DNA from: the human T2T-CHM13v2.0 reference genome, Homo sapiens
Reading direction: 5' to 3' (one strand)
Assembly: GCF_009914755.1 (NCBI RefSeq)
Contig: NC_060931.1
Length of the DNA: 64,000 bases
The position numbers were made by a program, and so were the translations under genes. Position 1 is the stretch's first letter. Each line of letters opens with the position of its first letter. This document shows positions 1-10,800 of the stretch, in pieces. The notes beneath the pieces were generated by a model that had not been told where the DNA came from, did no database searches, and saw nothing but the letters and a program-made list of their open reading frames with translations.

Positions 1-40
1 TTGTGGAGTTTGCAAGTGGAGATTTCAAGCGATTTGATGC

Positions 41-57
41 CAACAGTAGAAAAGGAA
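41..57 (+). other. A-box (pJalpha-type) position of A-type monomers, degenerate: CAACAGTAGAAAAGGAA
   Basis: Occupies the position equivalent to the CENP-B box in the alternate monomers and keeps the GAAAAGGAA core of the pJalpha-type motif. The 5' half is diverged, so binding cannot be inferred. Confidence 0.55.
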
Positions 58-211
58 ATATCTTCAAATAAAAACTAGACAGAATCATTCTCAGAAACTA
101 CTTTGTGATGTGTGCCTTCAACTCACAGAGTTCAACCTTTCTTTTCTTAGAGCAGTTTAGAAACACTCTGCTTGTTATGTCTGCAAGTGGATATTTGGAC
201 CTCTTTGAGGC

Positions 212-228
212 CTTCGTTGCAAACGGGG
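212..228 (+). other. CENP-B box, variant form CTTCGTTGCAAACGGGG (monomer 1 of every HOR)
   Basis: Matches nTTCGnnnnAnnCGGGn with all nine essential bases intact. It differs from YTTCGTTGGAARCGGGA only at non-essential positions 9 and 17. Recurs every 1022 bp. Confidence 0.92.
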
Positions 229-553
229 TTTCTTCCTTTCATGCTAGACTAAGAAGAGTTCTCAGTAACTTTTTTGTGTTGTGTGTATTCAACTCACAGA
301 GTTGAACCTTGCTTTAGAGAGAGCAGATTTGAAACACTCTTGCTGTGGCATTTTCAGGTGGAGATTTCAAGCGATTTGAGGACAATTGCAGAAAAGGAAA
401 TATCTTCGTATAATAACCAGACAGAATCATTCTCAGAAAGTGCTTTGTGATGTGTGCGTTCAACTCACAGAGTTTAACCTTTCTTTTCATAGAGGAGTTT
501 GGAAACACACTGTTTGTAAAGTCTGCAAGTGGATACATGGACCTGTTTGAGGC

Positions 554-570
554 CTTCGTTGGAAACGGGA
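554..570 (+). other. CENP-B box, canonical CTTCGTTGGAAACGGGA (monomer 3 of every HOR)
   Basis: Exact match to the 17-bp consensus, 342 bp after the first box. Confidence 0.97.
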
Positions 571-893
571 TTTCTTCATTGAATGCTAGACGGAAGAATT
601 CTCAGTAAATTCTTTGTGTTGTGTGCATTCAACTCACAGAGTGGAACGTCCCTTTAGACAGAGCAGATTTGAAACACTCTTTTTGCGGAATTTGCAAGTG
701 GAGATTTCTAGCCATTTGATGCCAACAGTAGAAAGGGAAATATCTTCAAATAAAAACCAGACAGAATCATTCTCAGAAAATTCTTTGTGATGTGTGCGTT
801 CAACTCATATAGTTTAACCTTTCTTTTCATAGAGCAGTTTGGAAACACTCTGTTTGTAAAGTCTGCAAGTGGATATATGGACCGCATTGAGGC

Positions 894-910
894 CTTCGTT
901 GGAAACGGGA
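894..910 (+). other. CENP-B box, canonical CTTCGTTGGAAACGGGA (monomer 5 of every full HOR)
   Basis: Exact match to the consensus, 340 bp after the second box. This gives about 188 box positions in the window (62 HORs x 3, plus 2 in the 4-mer). Confidence 0.97.
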
Positions 911-3900
911 TTTCTTCATTTCATGCTAGACAGAAGAATTCTCAGTAACTTCTTTGTGCTGTGTGTATTCAACTCACAGAGTGGAACGTCCCTTTACACA
1001 GAGCAGATTTGAAACACTCTTTTTGTGGAGTTTGCAAGTGGAGATTTCAAGCGATTTGATGCCAACAGTAGAAAAGGAAATATCTTCAAATAAAAACTAG
1101 ACAGAATCATTCTCAGAAACTACTTTGTGATGTGTGCCTTCAACTCACAGAGTTTAACCTTTCTTTTCTTAGAGCAGTTTAGAAACACTCTGCTTGTTAT
1201 GTCTGCAAGTGGATATTTGGACCTCTTTGAGGCCTTCGTTGCAAACGGGGTTTCTTCCTTTCATGCTAGACTAAGAAGAGTTCTCAGTAACTTTTTTGTG
1301 TTGTGTGTATTCAACTCACAGAGTTGAACCTTGCTTTAGAGAGAGCAGATTTGAAACACTCTTGCTGTGGCATTTTCAGGTGGAGATTTCAAGCGATTTG
1401 AGGACAATTGCAGAAAAGGAAATATCTTCGTATAATAACCAGACAGAATCATTCTCAGAAAGTGCTTTGTGATGTGTGCGTTCAACTCACAGAGTTTAAC
1501 CTTTCTTTTCATAGAGGAGTTTGGAAACACACTGTTTGTAAAGTCTGCAAGTGGATATATGGACCTGTTTGAGGCCTTCGTTGGAAACGGGATTTCTTCA
1601 TTGAATGCTAGACGGAAGAATTCTCAGTAAATTCTTTGTGTTGTGTGCATTCAACTCACAGAGTGGAACGTCCCTTTAGACAGAGCAGATTTGAAACACT
1701 CTTTTTGCGGAATTTGCAAGTGGAGATTTCTAGCCATTTGATGCCAACAGTAGAAAGGGAAATATCTTCAAATAAAAACCAGACAGAATCATTCTCAGAA
1801 AATTCTTTGTGATGTGTGCGTTCAACTCACATAGTTTAACCTTTCTTTTCATAGAGCAGTTTGGAAACACTCTGTTTGTAAAGTCTGCAAGTGGATATAT
1901 GGACCGCATTGAGGCCTTCGTTGGAAACGGGATTTCTTCATTTCATGCTAGACAGAAGAATTCTCAGTAACTTCTTTGTGCTGTGTGTATTCAACTCTCA
2001 GAGTGGAACGTCCCTTTGCACAGAGCAGATTTGAAACACTCTTTTTGTGGAGTTTGCAAGTGGAGATTTCAAGCGATTTGATGCCAACAGTAGAAAAGGA
2101 AATATCTTCAAATAAAAACTAGACAGAATCATTCTCAGAAACTACTTTGTGATGTGTGCCTTCAACTCACAGAGTTTAACCTTTCTTTTCTTAGAGCAGT
2201 TTAGAAACACTCTGCTTGTTATGTCTGCAAGTGGATATTTGGACCTCTTTGAGGCCTTCGTTGCAAACGGGGTTTCTTCCTTTCATGCTAGACTAAGAAG
2301 AGTTCTCAGTAACTTTTTTGTGTTGTGTGTATTCAACTCACAGAGTTGAACCTTGCTTTAGAGAGAGCAGATTTGAAACACTCTCGCTGTGGAATTTTCA
2401 GGTGGAGATTTCAAGCGATTTGAGGACAATTGCAGAAAAGGAAATATCTTCGTATAATAACCAGACAGAATCATTCTCAGAAAGTGCTTTGTGATGTGTG
2501 CGTTCAACTCACAGAGTTTAACCTTTCTTTTCATAGAGGAGTTTGGAAACACACTGTTTGTAAAGTCTGCAATTGGATATATGGACCTGTTTGAGGCCTT
2601 CGTTGGAAACGGGATTTCTTCATTGAATGCTAGACGGAAGGATTCTCAGTAAATTCTTTGTGTTGTGTGCATTCAACTCACAGAGTGGAACGTCCCTTTA
2701 GACAGAGCAGATTTGAAACACTCTTTTTGCGGAATTTGCAAGTGGAGATTTCTAGCCATTTGATGCCAACAGTAGAAAGGGAAATATCTTCAAATAAAAA
2801 CCAGACAGAATCATTCTCAGAAAATTCTTTGTGATGTGTGCGTTCAACTCACATAGTTTAACCTTTCTTTTCATAGAGCAGTTTGGAAACACTCTGTTTG
2901 TAAAGTCTGCAAGTGGATATATGGACCGCATTGAGGCCTTCGTTGGAAACGGGATTTCTTCATTTCATACTAGACAGAAGAATTCTCAGTAACTTCTTTG
3001 TGCTGTGTGTATTCAACTCACAGAGTGGAACGTCCCTTTGCACAGAGCAGATTTGAAACACTCTTTTTGTGGAGTTTGCTAGTGGAGATTTCAAGCGATT
3101 TGATGCCAACAGTAGAAAAGGAAATATCTTCAAATAAAAACTAGACAGAATCATTCTCAGAAACTACTTTGTGATGTGTGCCTTCAACTCACAGAGTTTA
3201 ACCTTTCTTTTCTTAGAGCAGTTTAGAAACACTCTGCTTGTTATGTCTGCAAGTGGATATTTGGACCTCTTTGAGGCCTTCGTTGCAAACGGGGTTTCTT
3301 CCTTTCATGCTAGACTAAGAAGAGTTCTCAGTAACTTTTTTGTGTTGTGTGTATTCAACTCACAGAGTTGAACCTTGCTTTAGAGAGAGCAGATTTGAAA
3401 CACTCTTGCTGTGGCATTTTCAGGTGGAGATTTCAAGCGATTTGAGGACAATTGCAGAAAAGGAAATATCTTCGTATAATAACCAGACAGAATCATTCTC
3501 AGAAAGTGCTTTGTGATGTGTGCGTTCAACTCACAGAGTTTAACCTTTCTTTTCATAGAGGAGTTTGGAAACACACTGTTTGTAAAGTCTGCAATTGGAT
3601 ATATGGACCTGTTTGAGGCCTCCGTTGGAAACGGGATTTCTTCATTGAATGCTAGACGGAAGAATTCTCAGTAAATTCTTTGTGTTGTGTGCATTCAACT
3701 CACAGAGTGGAACGTCCCTTTAGACAGAGCAGATTTGAAACACTCTTTTTGCGGAATTTGCAAGTGGAGATTTCTAGCCATTTGATGCCAACAGTAGAAA
3801 GGGAAATATCTTCAAATAAAAACCAGACAGAATCATTCTCAGAAAATTCTTTGTGATGTGTGCGTTCAACTCACATAGTTTAACCTTTCTTTTCATAGAG

Positions 3901-4173
3901 CAGTTTGGAAACACTCTGTTTGTAAAGTCTGCAAGTGGATATATGGACCGCATTGAGGCCTTCGTTGGAAACGGGATTTCTTCATTTCATGCTAGACAGA
4001 AGAATTCTCAGTAACTTCTTTGTGCTGTGTGTATTCAACTCACAGAGTGGAACGTCCCTTTGCACAGAGCAGATTTGAAACACTCTTTTTGTGGAGTTTG
4101 CAAGTGGAGATTTCAAGCGATTTGATGCCAACAGTAGAAAAGGAAATATCTTCAAATAAAAACTAGACAGAAT

Positions 4174-4855
4174 CATTCTCAGAAACTACTTTGTGATGTG
4201 TGCCTTCAACTCACAGAGTTTAACCTTTCTTTTCTTAGAGCAGTTTAGAAACACTCTGCTTGTTATGTCTGCAAGTGGATATTTGGACCTCTTTGAGGCC
4301 TTCGTTGCAAACGGGGTTTCTTCCTTTCATGCTAGACTAAGAAGAGTTCTCAGTAACTTTTTTGTGTTGTGTGTATTCAACTCACAGAGTTGAACCTTGC
4401 TTTAGAGAGAGCAGATTTGAAACACTCTTGCTGTGGCATTTTCAGGTGGAGATTTCAAGCGATTTGAGGACAATTGCAGAAAAGGAAATATCTTCGTATA
4501 ATAACCAGACAGAATCATTCTCAGAAAGTGCTTTGTGATGTGTGCGTTCAACTCACAGAGTTTAAACTTTCTTTTCATAGAGGAGTTTGGAAACACACTG
4601 TTTGTAAAGTCTGCAAGTGGATATATGGACCTGTTTGAGGCCTTCGTTGGAAACGGGATTTCTTCATTGAATGATAGACGGAAGAATTCTCAGTAAATTC
4701 TTTGTGTTGTGTGCATTCAACTCACAGAGTGGAACGTCCCTTTAGACAGAGCAGATTTGAAACACTCTTTTTGTGGAGTTTGCAAGTGGAGATTTCAAGC
4801 GATTTGATGCCAACAGTAGAAAAGGAAATATCTTCAAATAAAAACTAGACAGAAT
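4174..4855 (+). repeat. Structural-variant HOR: 4-mer of 682 bp (monomers 1-2-3-4/6 hybrid), one 340-bp dimer deleted
   Basis: The period drops from 1022 to 682 (ORF starts 4193 to 4875). The sequence reads CCCTTTAGACAG (monomer 4 type) and then TTTTTGTGGAGTTTG...TTTCAAGCG (monomer 6 type). Confidence 0.96.
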
Positions 4856-7800
4856 CATTCTCAGAAACTACTTTGTGATGTGTGCCTTCAACTCACAGAG
4901 TTTAACCTTTCTTTTCTTAGAGCAGTTTAGAAACACTCTGCTTGTTATGTCTGCAAGTGGATATTTGGACCTCTTTGAGGCCTTCGTTGCAAACGGGGTT
5001 TCTTCCTTTCATGCTAGACTAAGAAGAGTTCTCAGTAACTTTTTTGTGTTGTGTGTATTCAACTCACAGAGTTGAACCTTGCTTTAGAGAGAGCAGATTT
5101 GAAACACTCTTGCTGTGGCATTTTCAGGTGGAGATTTCAAGCGATTTGAGGACAATTGCAGAAAAGGAAATATCTTCGTATAATAACCAGACAGAATCAT
5201 TCTCAGAAAGTGCTTTGTGATGTGTGCGTTCAACTCACAGAGTTTAACCTTTCTTTTCATAGAGGAGTTTGGAAACACACTGTTTGTAAAGTCTGCAAGT
5301 GGATACATGGACCTGTTTGAGGCCTTCGTTGGAAACGGGATTTCTTCATTGAATGCTAGACGGAAGAATTCTCAGTAAATTCTTTGTGTTGTGTGCATTC
5401 AACTCACAGAGTGGAACGTCCCTTTAGACAGAGCAGATTTGAAACACTCTTTTTGCGGAATTTGCAAGTGGAGATTTCTAGCCATTTGATGCCAACAGTA
5501 GAAAGGGAAATATCTTCAAATAAAAACCAGACAGAATCATTCTCAGAAAATTCTTTGTGATGTGTGCGTTCAACTCACATAGTTTAACCTTTCTTTTCAT
5601 AGAGCAGTTTGGAAACACTCTGTTTGTAAAGTCTGCAAGTGGATATATGGACCGCATTGAGGCCTTCGTTGGAAACGGGATTTCTTCATTTCATGCTAGA
5701 CAGAAGAATTCTCAGTAACTTCTTTGTGCTGTGTGTATTCAACTCACAGAGTGGAACGTCCCTTTGCACAGAGCAGATTTGAAACACTCTTTTGGTGGAG
5801 TTTGCAAGTGGAGATTTCAAGCGATTTGATGCCAACAGTAGAAAAGGAAATATCTTCAAATAAAAACTAGACAGAATCATTCTCAGAAACTACTTTGTGA
5901 TGTGTGCCTTCAACTCACAGAGTTTAACCTTTCTTTTCTTAGAGCAGTTTAGAAACACTCTGCTTGTTACGTCTGCAAGTGGATATTTGGACCTCTTTGA
6001 GGCCTTCGTTGCAAACGGGGTTTCTTCCTTTCATGCTAGACTAAGAAGAGTTCTCAGTAACTTTTTTGTGTTGTGTGTATTCAACTCACAGAGTTGAACC
6101 TTGCTTTAGAGAGAGCAGATTTGAAACACTCTTGCTGTGGCATTTTCAGGTGGAGATTTCAAGCGATTTGAGGACAATTGCAGAAAAGGAAATATCTTCG
6201 TATAATAACCAGACAGAATCATTCTCAGAAAGTGCTTTGTGATGTGTGCGTTCAACTCACAGAGTTTAACCTTTCTTTTCATAGAGGAGTTTGGAAACAC
6301 ACTGTTTGTAAAGTCTGCAAGTGGATACATGGACCTGTTTGAGGCCTTCGTTGGAAACGGGATTTCTTCATTGAATGCTAGACGGAAGAATTCTCAGTAA
6401 ATTCTTTGTGTTGTGTGCATTCAACTCACAGAGTGGAACGTCCCTTTAGACAGAGCAGATTTGAAACACTCTTTTTGCGGAATTTGCAAGTGGAGATTTC
6501 TAGCCATTTGATGCCAACAGTAGAAAGGGAAATATCTTCAAATAAAAACCAGACAGAATCATTCTCAGAAAATTCTTTGTGATGTGTGCGTTCAACTCAC
6601 ATAGTTTAACCTTTCTTTTCATAGAGCAGTTTGGAAACACTCTGTTTGTAAAGTCTGCAAGTGGATATATGGACCGCATTGAGGCCTTCGTTGGAAACGG
6701 GATTTCTTCATTTCATGCTAGACAGAAGAATTCTCAGTAACTTCTTTGTGCTGTGTGTATTCAACTCACAGAGTGGAACGTCCCTTTGCACAGAGCAGAT
6801 TTGAAACACTCTTTTTGTGGAGTTTGCAAGTGGAGATTTCAAGCGATTTGATGCCAACAGTAGAAAAGGAAATATCTTCAAATAAAAACTAGACAGAATC
6901 ATTCTCAGAAACTACTTTGTGATGTGTGCCTTCAACTCACAGAGTTTAACCTTTCTTTTCTTAGAGCAGTTTAGAAACACTCTGCTTGTTATGTCTGCAA
7001 GTGGATATTTGGACCTCTTTGAGGCCTTCGTTGCAATCGGGGTTTCTTCCTTTCATGGTAGACTAAGAAGAGTTCTCAGTAACTTTTTTGTGTTGTGTGT
7101 ATTCAACTCACAGAGTTGAACCTTGCTTTAGAGAGAGCAGATTTGAAACACTCTTGCTGTGGCATTTTCAGGTGGAGATTTCAAGCGATTTGAGGACAAT
7201 TGCAGAAAAGGAAATATCTTCGTATAATAACCAGACAGAATCATTCTCAGAAAGTGCTTTGTGATGTGTGCGTTCAACTCACAGAGTTTAACCTTTCTTT
7301 TCATAGAGGAGTTTGGAAACACACTGTTTGTAAAGTCTGCAAGTGGATATATGGACCTGTTTGAGGCCTTCGTTGGAAACGGGATTTCTTCATTGAATGC
7401 TAGACGGAAGAATTCTCAGTAAATTCTTTGTGTTGTGTGCATTCAACTCACAGAGTGGAACGTCCCTTTAGACAGAGCAGATTTGAAACACTCTTTTTGC
7501 GGAATTTGCAAGTGGAGATTTCTAGCCATTTGATGCCAACAGTAGAAAGGGAAATATCTTCAAATAAAAACCAGACAGAATCATTCTCAGAAAATTCTTT
7601 GTGATGTGTGCGTTCAACTCACATAGTTTAACCTTTCTTTTCATAGAGCAGTTTGGAAACACTCTGTTTGTAAAGTCTGCAAGTGGATATATGGACCGCA
7701 TTGAGGCCTTCGTTGGAAACGGGATTTCTTCATTTCATGCTAGACAGAAGAATTCTCAGTAACTTCTTTGTGCTGTGTGTATTCAACTCACAGAGTGGAA

Positions 7801-10800
7801 CGTCCCTTTGCACAGAGCAGATTTGAAACACTCTTTTTGTGGAGTTTGCAAGTGGAGATTTCAAGCGATTTGATGCCAACAGTAGAAAAGGAAATATCTT
7901 CAAATAAAAACTAGACAGAATCATTCTCAGAAACTACTTTGTGATGTGTGCCTTCAACTCACAGAGTTTAACCTTTCTTTTCTTAGAGCAGTTTAGAAAC
8001 ACTCTGCTTGTTATGTCTGCAAGTGGATATTTGGACCTCTTTGAGGCCTTCGTTGCAAACGGGGTTTCTTCCTTTCATGCTAGACTAAGAAGAGTTCTCA
8101 GTAACTTTTTTGTGTTGTGTGTATTCAACTCACAGAGTTGAACCTTGCTTTAGAGAGAGCAGATTTGAAACACTCTTGCTGTGGCATTTTCAGGTGGAGA
8201 TTTCAAGCGATATGAGGACAATTGCAGAAAAGGAAATATCTTCGTATAATAACCAGACAGAATCATTCTCAGAAAGTGCTTTGTGATGTGTGCGTTCAAC
8301 TCACAGAGTTTAACCTTTCTTTTCATAGAGGAGTTTGGAAACACACTGTTTGTAAAGTCTGCAAGTGGATATATGGACCTGTTTGAGGCCTTCGTTGGAA
8401 ACGGGATTTCTTCATTGAATGCTAGACGGAAGAATTCTCAGTAAATTCTTTGTGTTGTGTGCATTCAACTCACAGAGTGGAACGTCCGTTTAGACAGAGC
8501 AGATTTGAAACACTCTTTTTGCGGAATTTGCAAGTGGAGATTTCTAGCCATTTGATGCCAACAGTAGAAAGGGAAATATCTTCAAATAAAAACCAGACAG
8601 AATCATTCTCAGAAAATTCTTTGTGATGTGTGCGTTCAACTCACATAGTTTAACCTTTCTTTTCATAGAGCAGTTTGGAAACACTCTGTTTGTAAAGTCT
8701 GCAAGTGGATATATGGACCGCATTGAGGCCTTCGTTGGAAACGGGATTTCTTCATTTCATGCTAGACAGAAGAATTCTCAGTAACTTCTTTGTGCTGTGT
8801 GTATTCAACTCACAGAGTGGAACGTCCCTTTGCACAGAGCAGATTTGAAACACTCTTTTTGTGGAGTTTGCAAGTGGAGATTTCAAGCGATTTGATGCCA
8901 ACAGTAGAAAAGGAAATATCTTCAAATAAAAACTAGACAGAATCATTCTCAGAAACTACTTTGTGATGTGTGCCTTCAACTCACAGAGTTTAACCTTTCT
9001 TTTCTTAGAGCAGTTTAGAAACACTCTGCTTGTTATGTCTGCAAGTGGATATTTGGACCTCTTTGAGGCCTTCGTTGCAAACGGGGTTTCTTCCTTTCAT
9101 GCTAGACTAAGAAGAGTTCTCAGTAACTTTTTTGTGTTGTGTGTATTCAACTCACAGAGTTGAACCTTGCTTTAGAGAGAGCAGATTTGAAACACTCTTG
9201 CTGTGGCATTTTCAGGTGGAGATTTCAAGCGATTTGAGGACAATTGCAGAAAAGGAAATATCTTCGTATAATAACCAGACAGAATCATTCTCAGAAAGTG
9301 CTTTGTGATGTGTGCGTTCAACTCACAGAGTTTAACCTTTCTTTTCATAGAGGAGTTTGGAAACACACTGTTTGTAAAGTCTGCAAGTGGATACATGGAC
9401 CTGTTTGAGGCCTTCGTTGGAAACGGGATTTCTTCATTGAATGCTAGACGGAAGAATTCTCAGTAAATTCTTTGTGTTGTGTGCATTCAACTCACAGAGT
9501 GGAACGTCCCTTTAGACAGAGCAGATTTGAAACACTCTTTTTGCGGAATTTGCAAGTGGAGATTTCTAGCCATTTGATGCCAACAGTAGAAAGGGAAATA
9601 TCTTCAAATAAAAACCAGACAGAATCATTCTCAGAAAATTCTTTGTGATGTGTGCGTTCAACTCACATAGTTTAACCTTTCTTTTCATAGAGCAGTTTGG
9701 AAACACTCTGTTTGTAAAGTCTGCAAGTGGATATATGGACCGCATTGAGGCCTTCGTTGGAAACGGGATTTCTTCATTTCATGCTAGACAGAAGAATTCT
9801 CAGTAACTTCTTTGTGCTGTGTGTATTCAACTCACAGAGTGGAACGTCCCTTTGCACAGAGCAGATTTGAAACACTCTTTTTGTGGAGTTTGCAAGTGGA
9901 GATTTCAAGCGATTTGATGCCAACAGTAGAAAAGGAAATATCTTCAAATAAAAACTAGACAGAATCATTCTCAGAAACTACTTTGTGATGTGTGCCTTCA
10001 ACTCACAGAGTTTAACCTTTCTTTTCTTAGAGCAGTTTAGAAACACTCTGCTTGTTATGTCTGCAAGTGGATATTTGGACCTCTTTGAGGCCTTCGTTGC
10101 AAACGGGGTTTCTTCCTTTCATGCTAGACTAAGAAGTGTTCTCAGTAACTTTTTTGTGTTGTGTGTATTCAACTCACAGAGTTGAACCTTGCTTTAGAGA
10201 GAGCAGATTTGAAACACTCTTGCTGTGGCATTTTCAGGTGGAGATTTCAAGCGATTTGAGGACAATTGCAGAAAAGGAAATATCTTCGTATAATAACCAG
10301 ACAGAATCATTCTCAGAAAGTGCTTTGTGATGTGTGCGTTCAACTCACAGAGTTTTACCTTTCTTTTCATAGAGGAGTTTGGAAACACACTGTTTGTAAA
10401 GTCTGCAAGTGGATATATGGACCTGTTTGAGGCCTTCGTTGGAAACGGGATTTCTTCATTGAATGCTAGACGGAAGAATTCTCAGTAAATTCTTTGTGTT
10501 GTGTGCATTCAACTCACAGAGTGGAACGTCCCTTTAGACAGAGCAGATTTGAAACACTCTTTTTGCGGAATTTGCAAGTGGAGATTTCTAGCCATTTGAT
10601 GCCAACAGTAGAAAGGGAAATATCTTCAAATAAAAACCAGACAGAATCATTCTCAGAAAATTCTTTGTGATGTGTGCGTTCAACTCACATAGTTTAACCT
10701 TTCTTTTCATAGAGCAGTTTGGAAACACTCTGTTTGTAAAGTCTGCAAGTGGATATATGGACCGCATTGAGGCCTTCGTTGGAAACGGGATTTCTTCATT

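Larger units (their letters stand above)
86..1107 (+). repeat. Representative complete 6-mer HOR unit (U1): monomers start at 86, 257, 428, 597, 768 and 937 (171, 171, 169, 171, 169, 171 bp)
   Basis: Monomer-start motifs: CATTCTCAG at 86, 428, 768 and 1108; AGTTCTCAG at 257; AATTCTCAG at 597 and 937. Monomers 1, 3 and 5 carry CENP-B boxes (B type); monomers 2, 4 and 6 do not (A type). Confidence 0.95.

Noticed and set aside
151-172. Short dyads (AGCAG...CTGCT; GTTT-NN-AAAC) as possible hairpins, cruciforms or terminators
   Set aside because: The stems are only 4-5 bp and generic to alpha satellite. Sequence alone gives no support for a stable structure or terminator.
410-416. TATAAT in CGTATAATAACC resembling a bacterial -10 or TATA element
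   Set aside because: It is a chance hexamer in AT-rich eukaryotic satellite with no associated gene or other promoter elements.
7026-7042. CENP-B box variant CTTCGTTGCAATCGGGG (A>T at 7037)
   Set aside because: The change is at non-essential position 12 and all nine core bases are intact, so it is not counted as inactivated.
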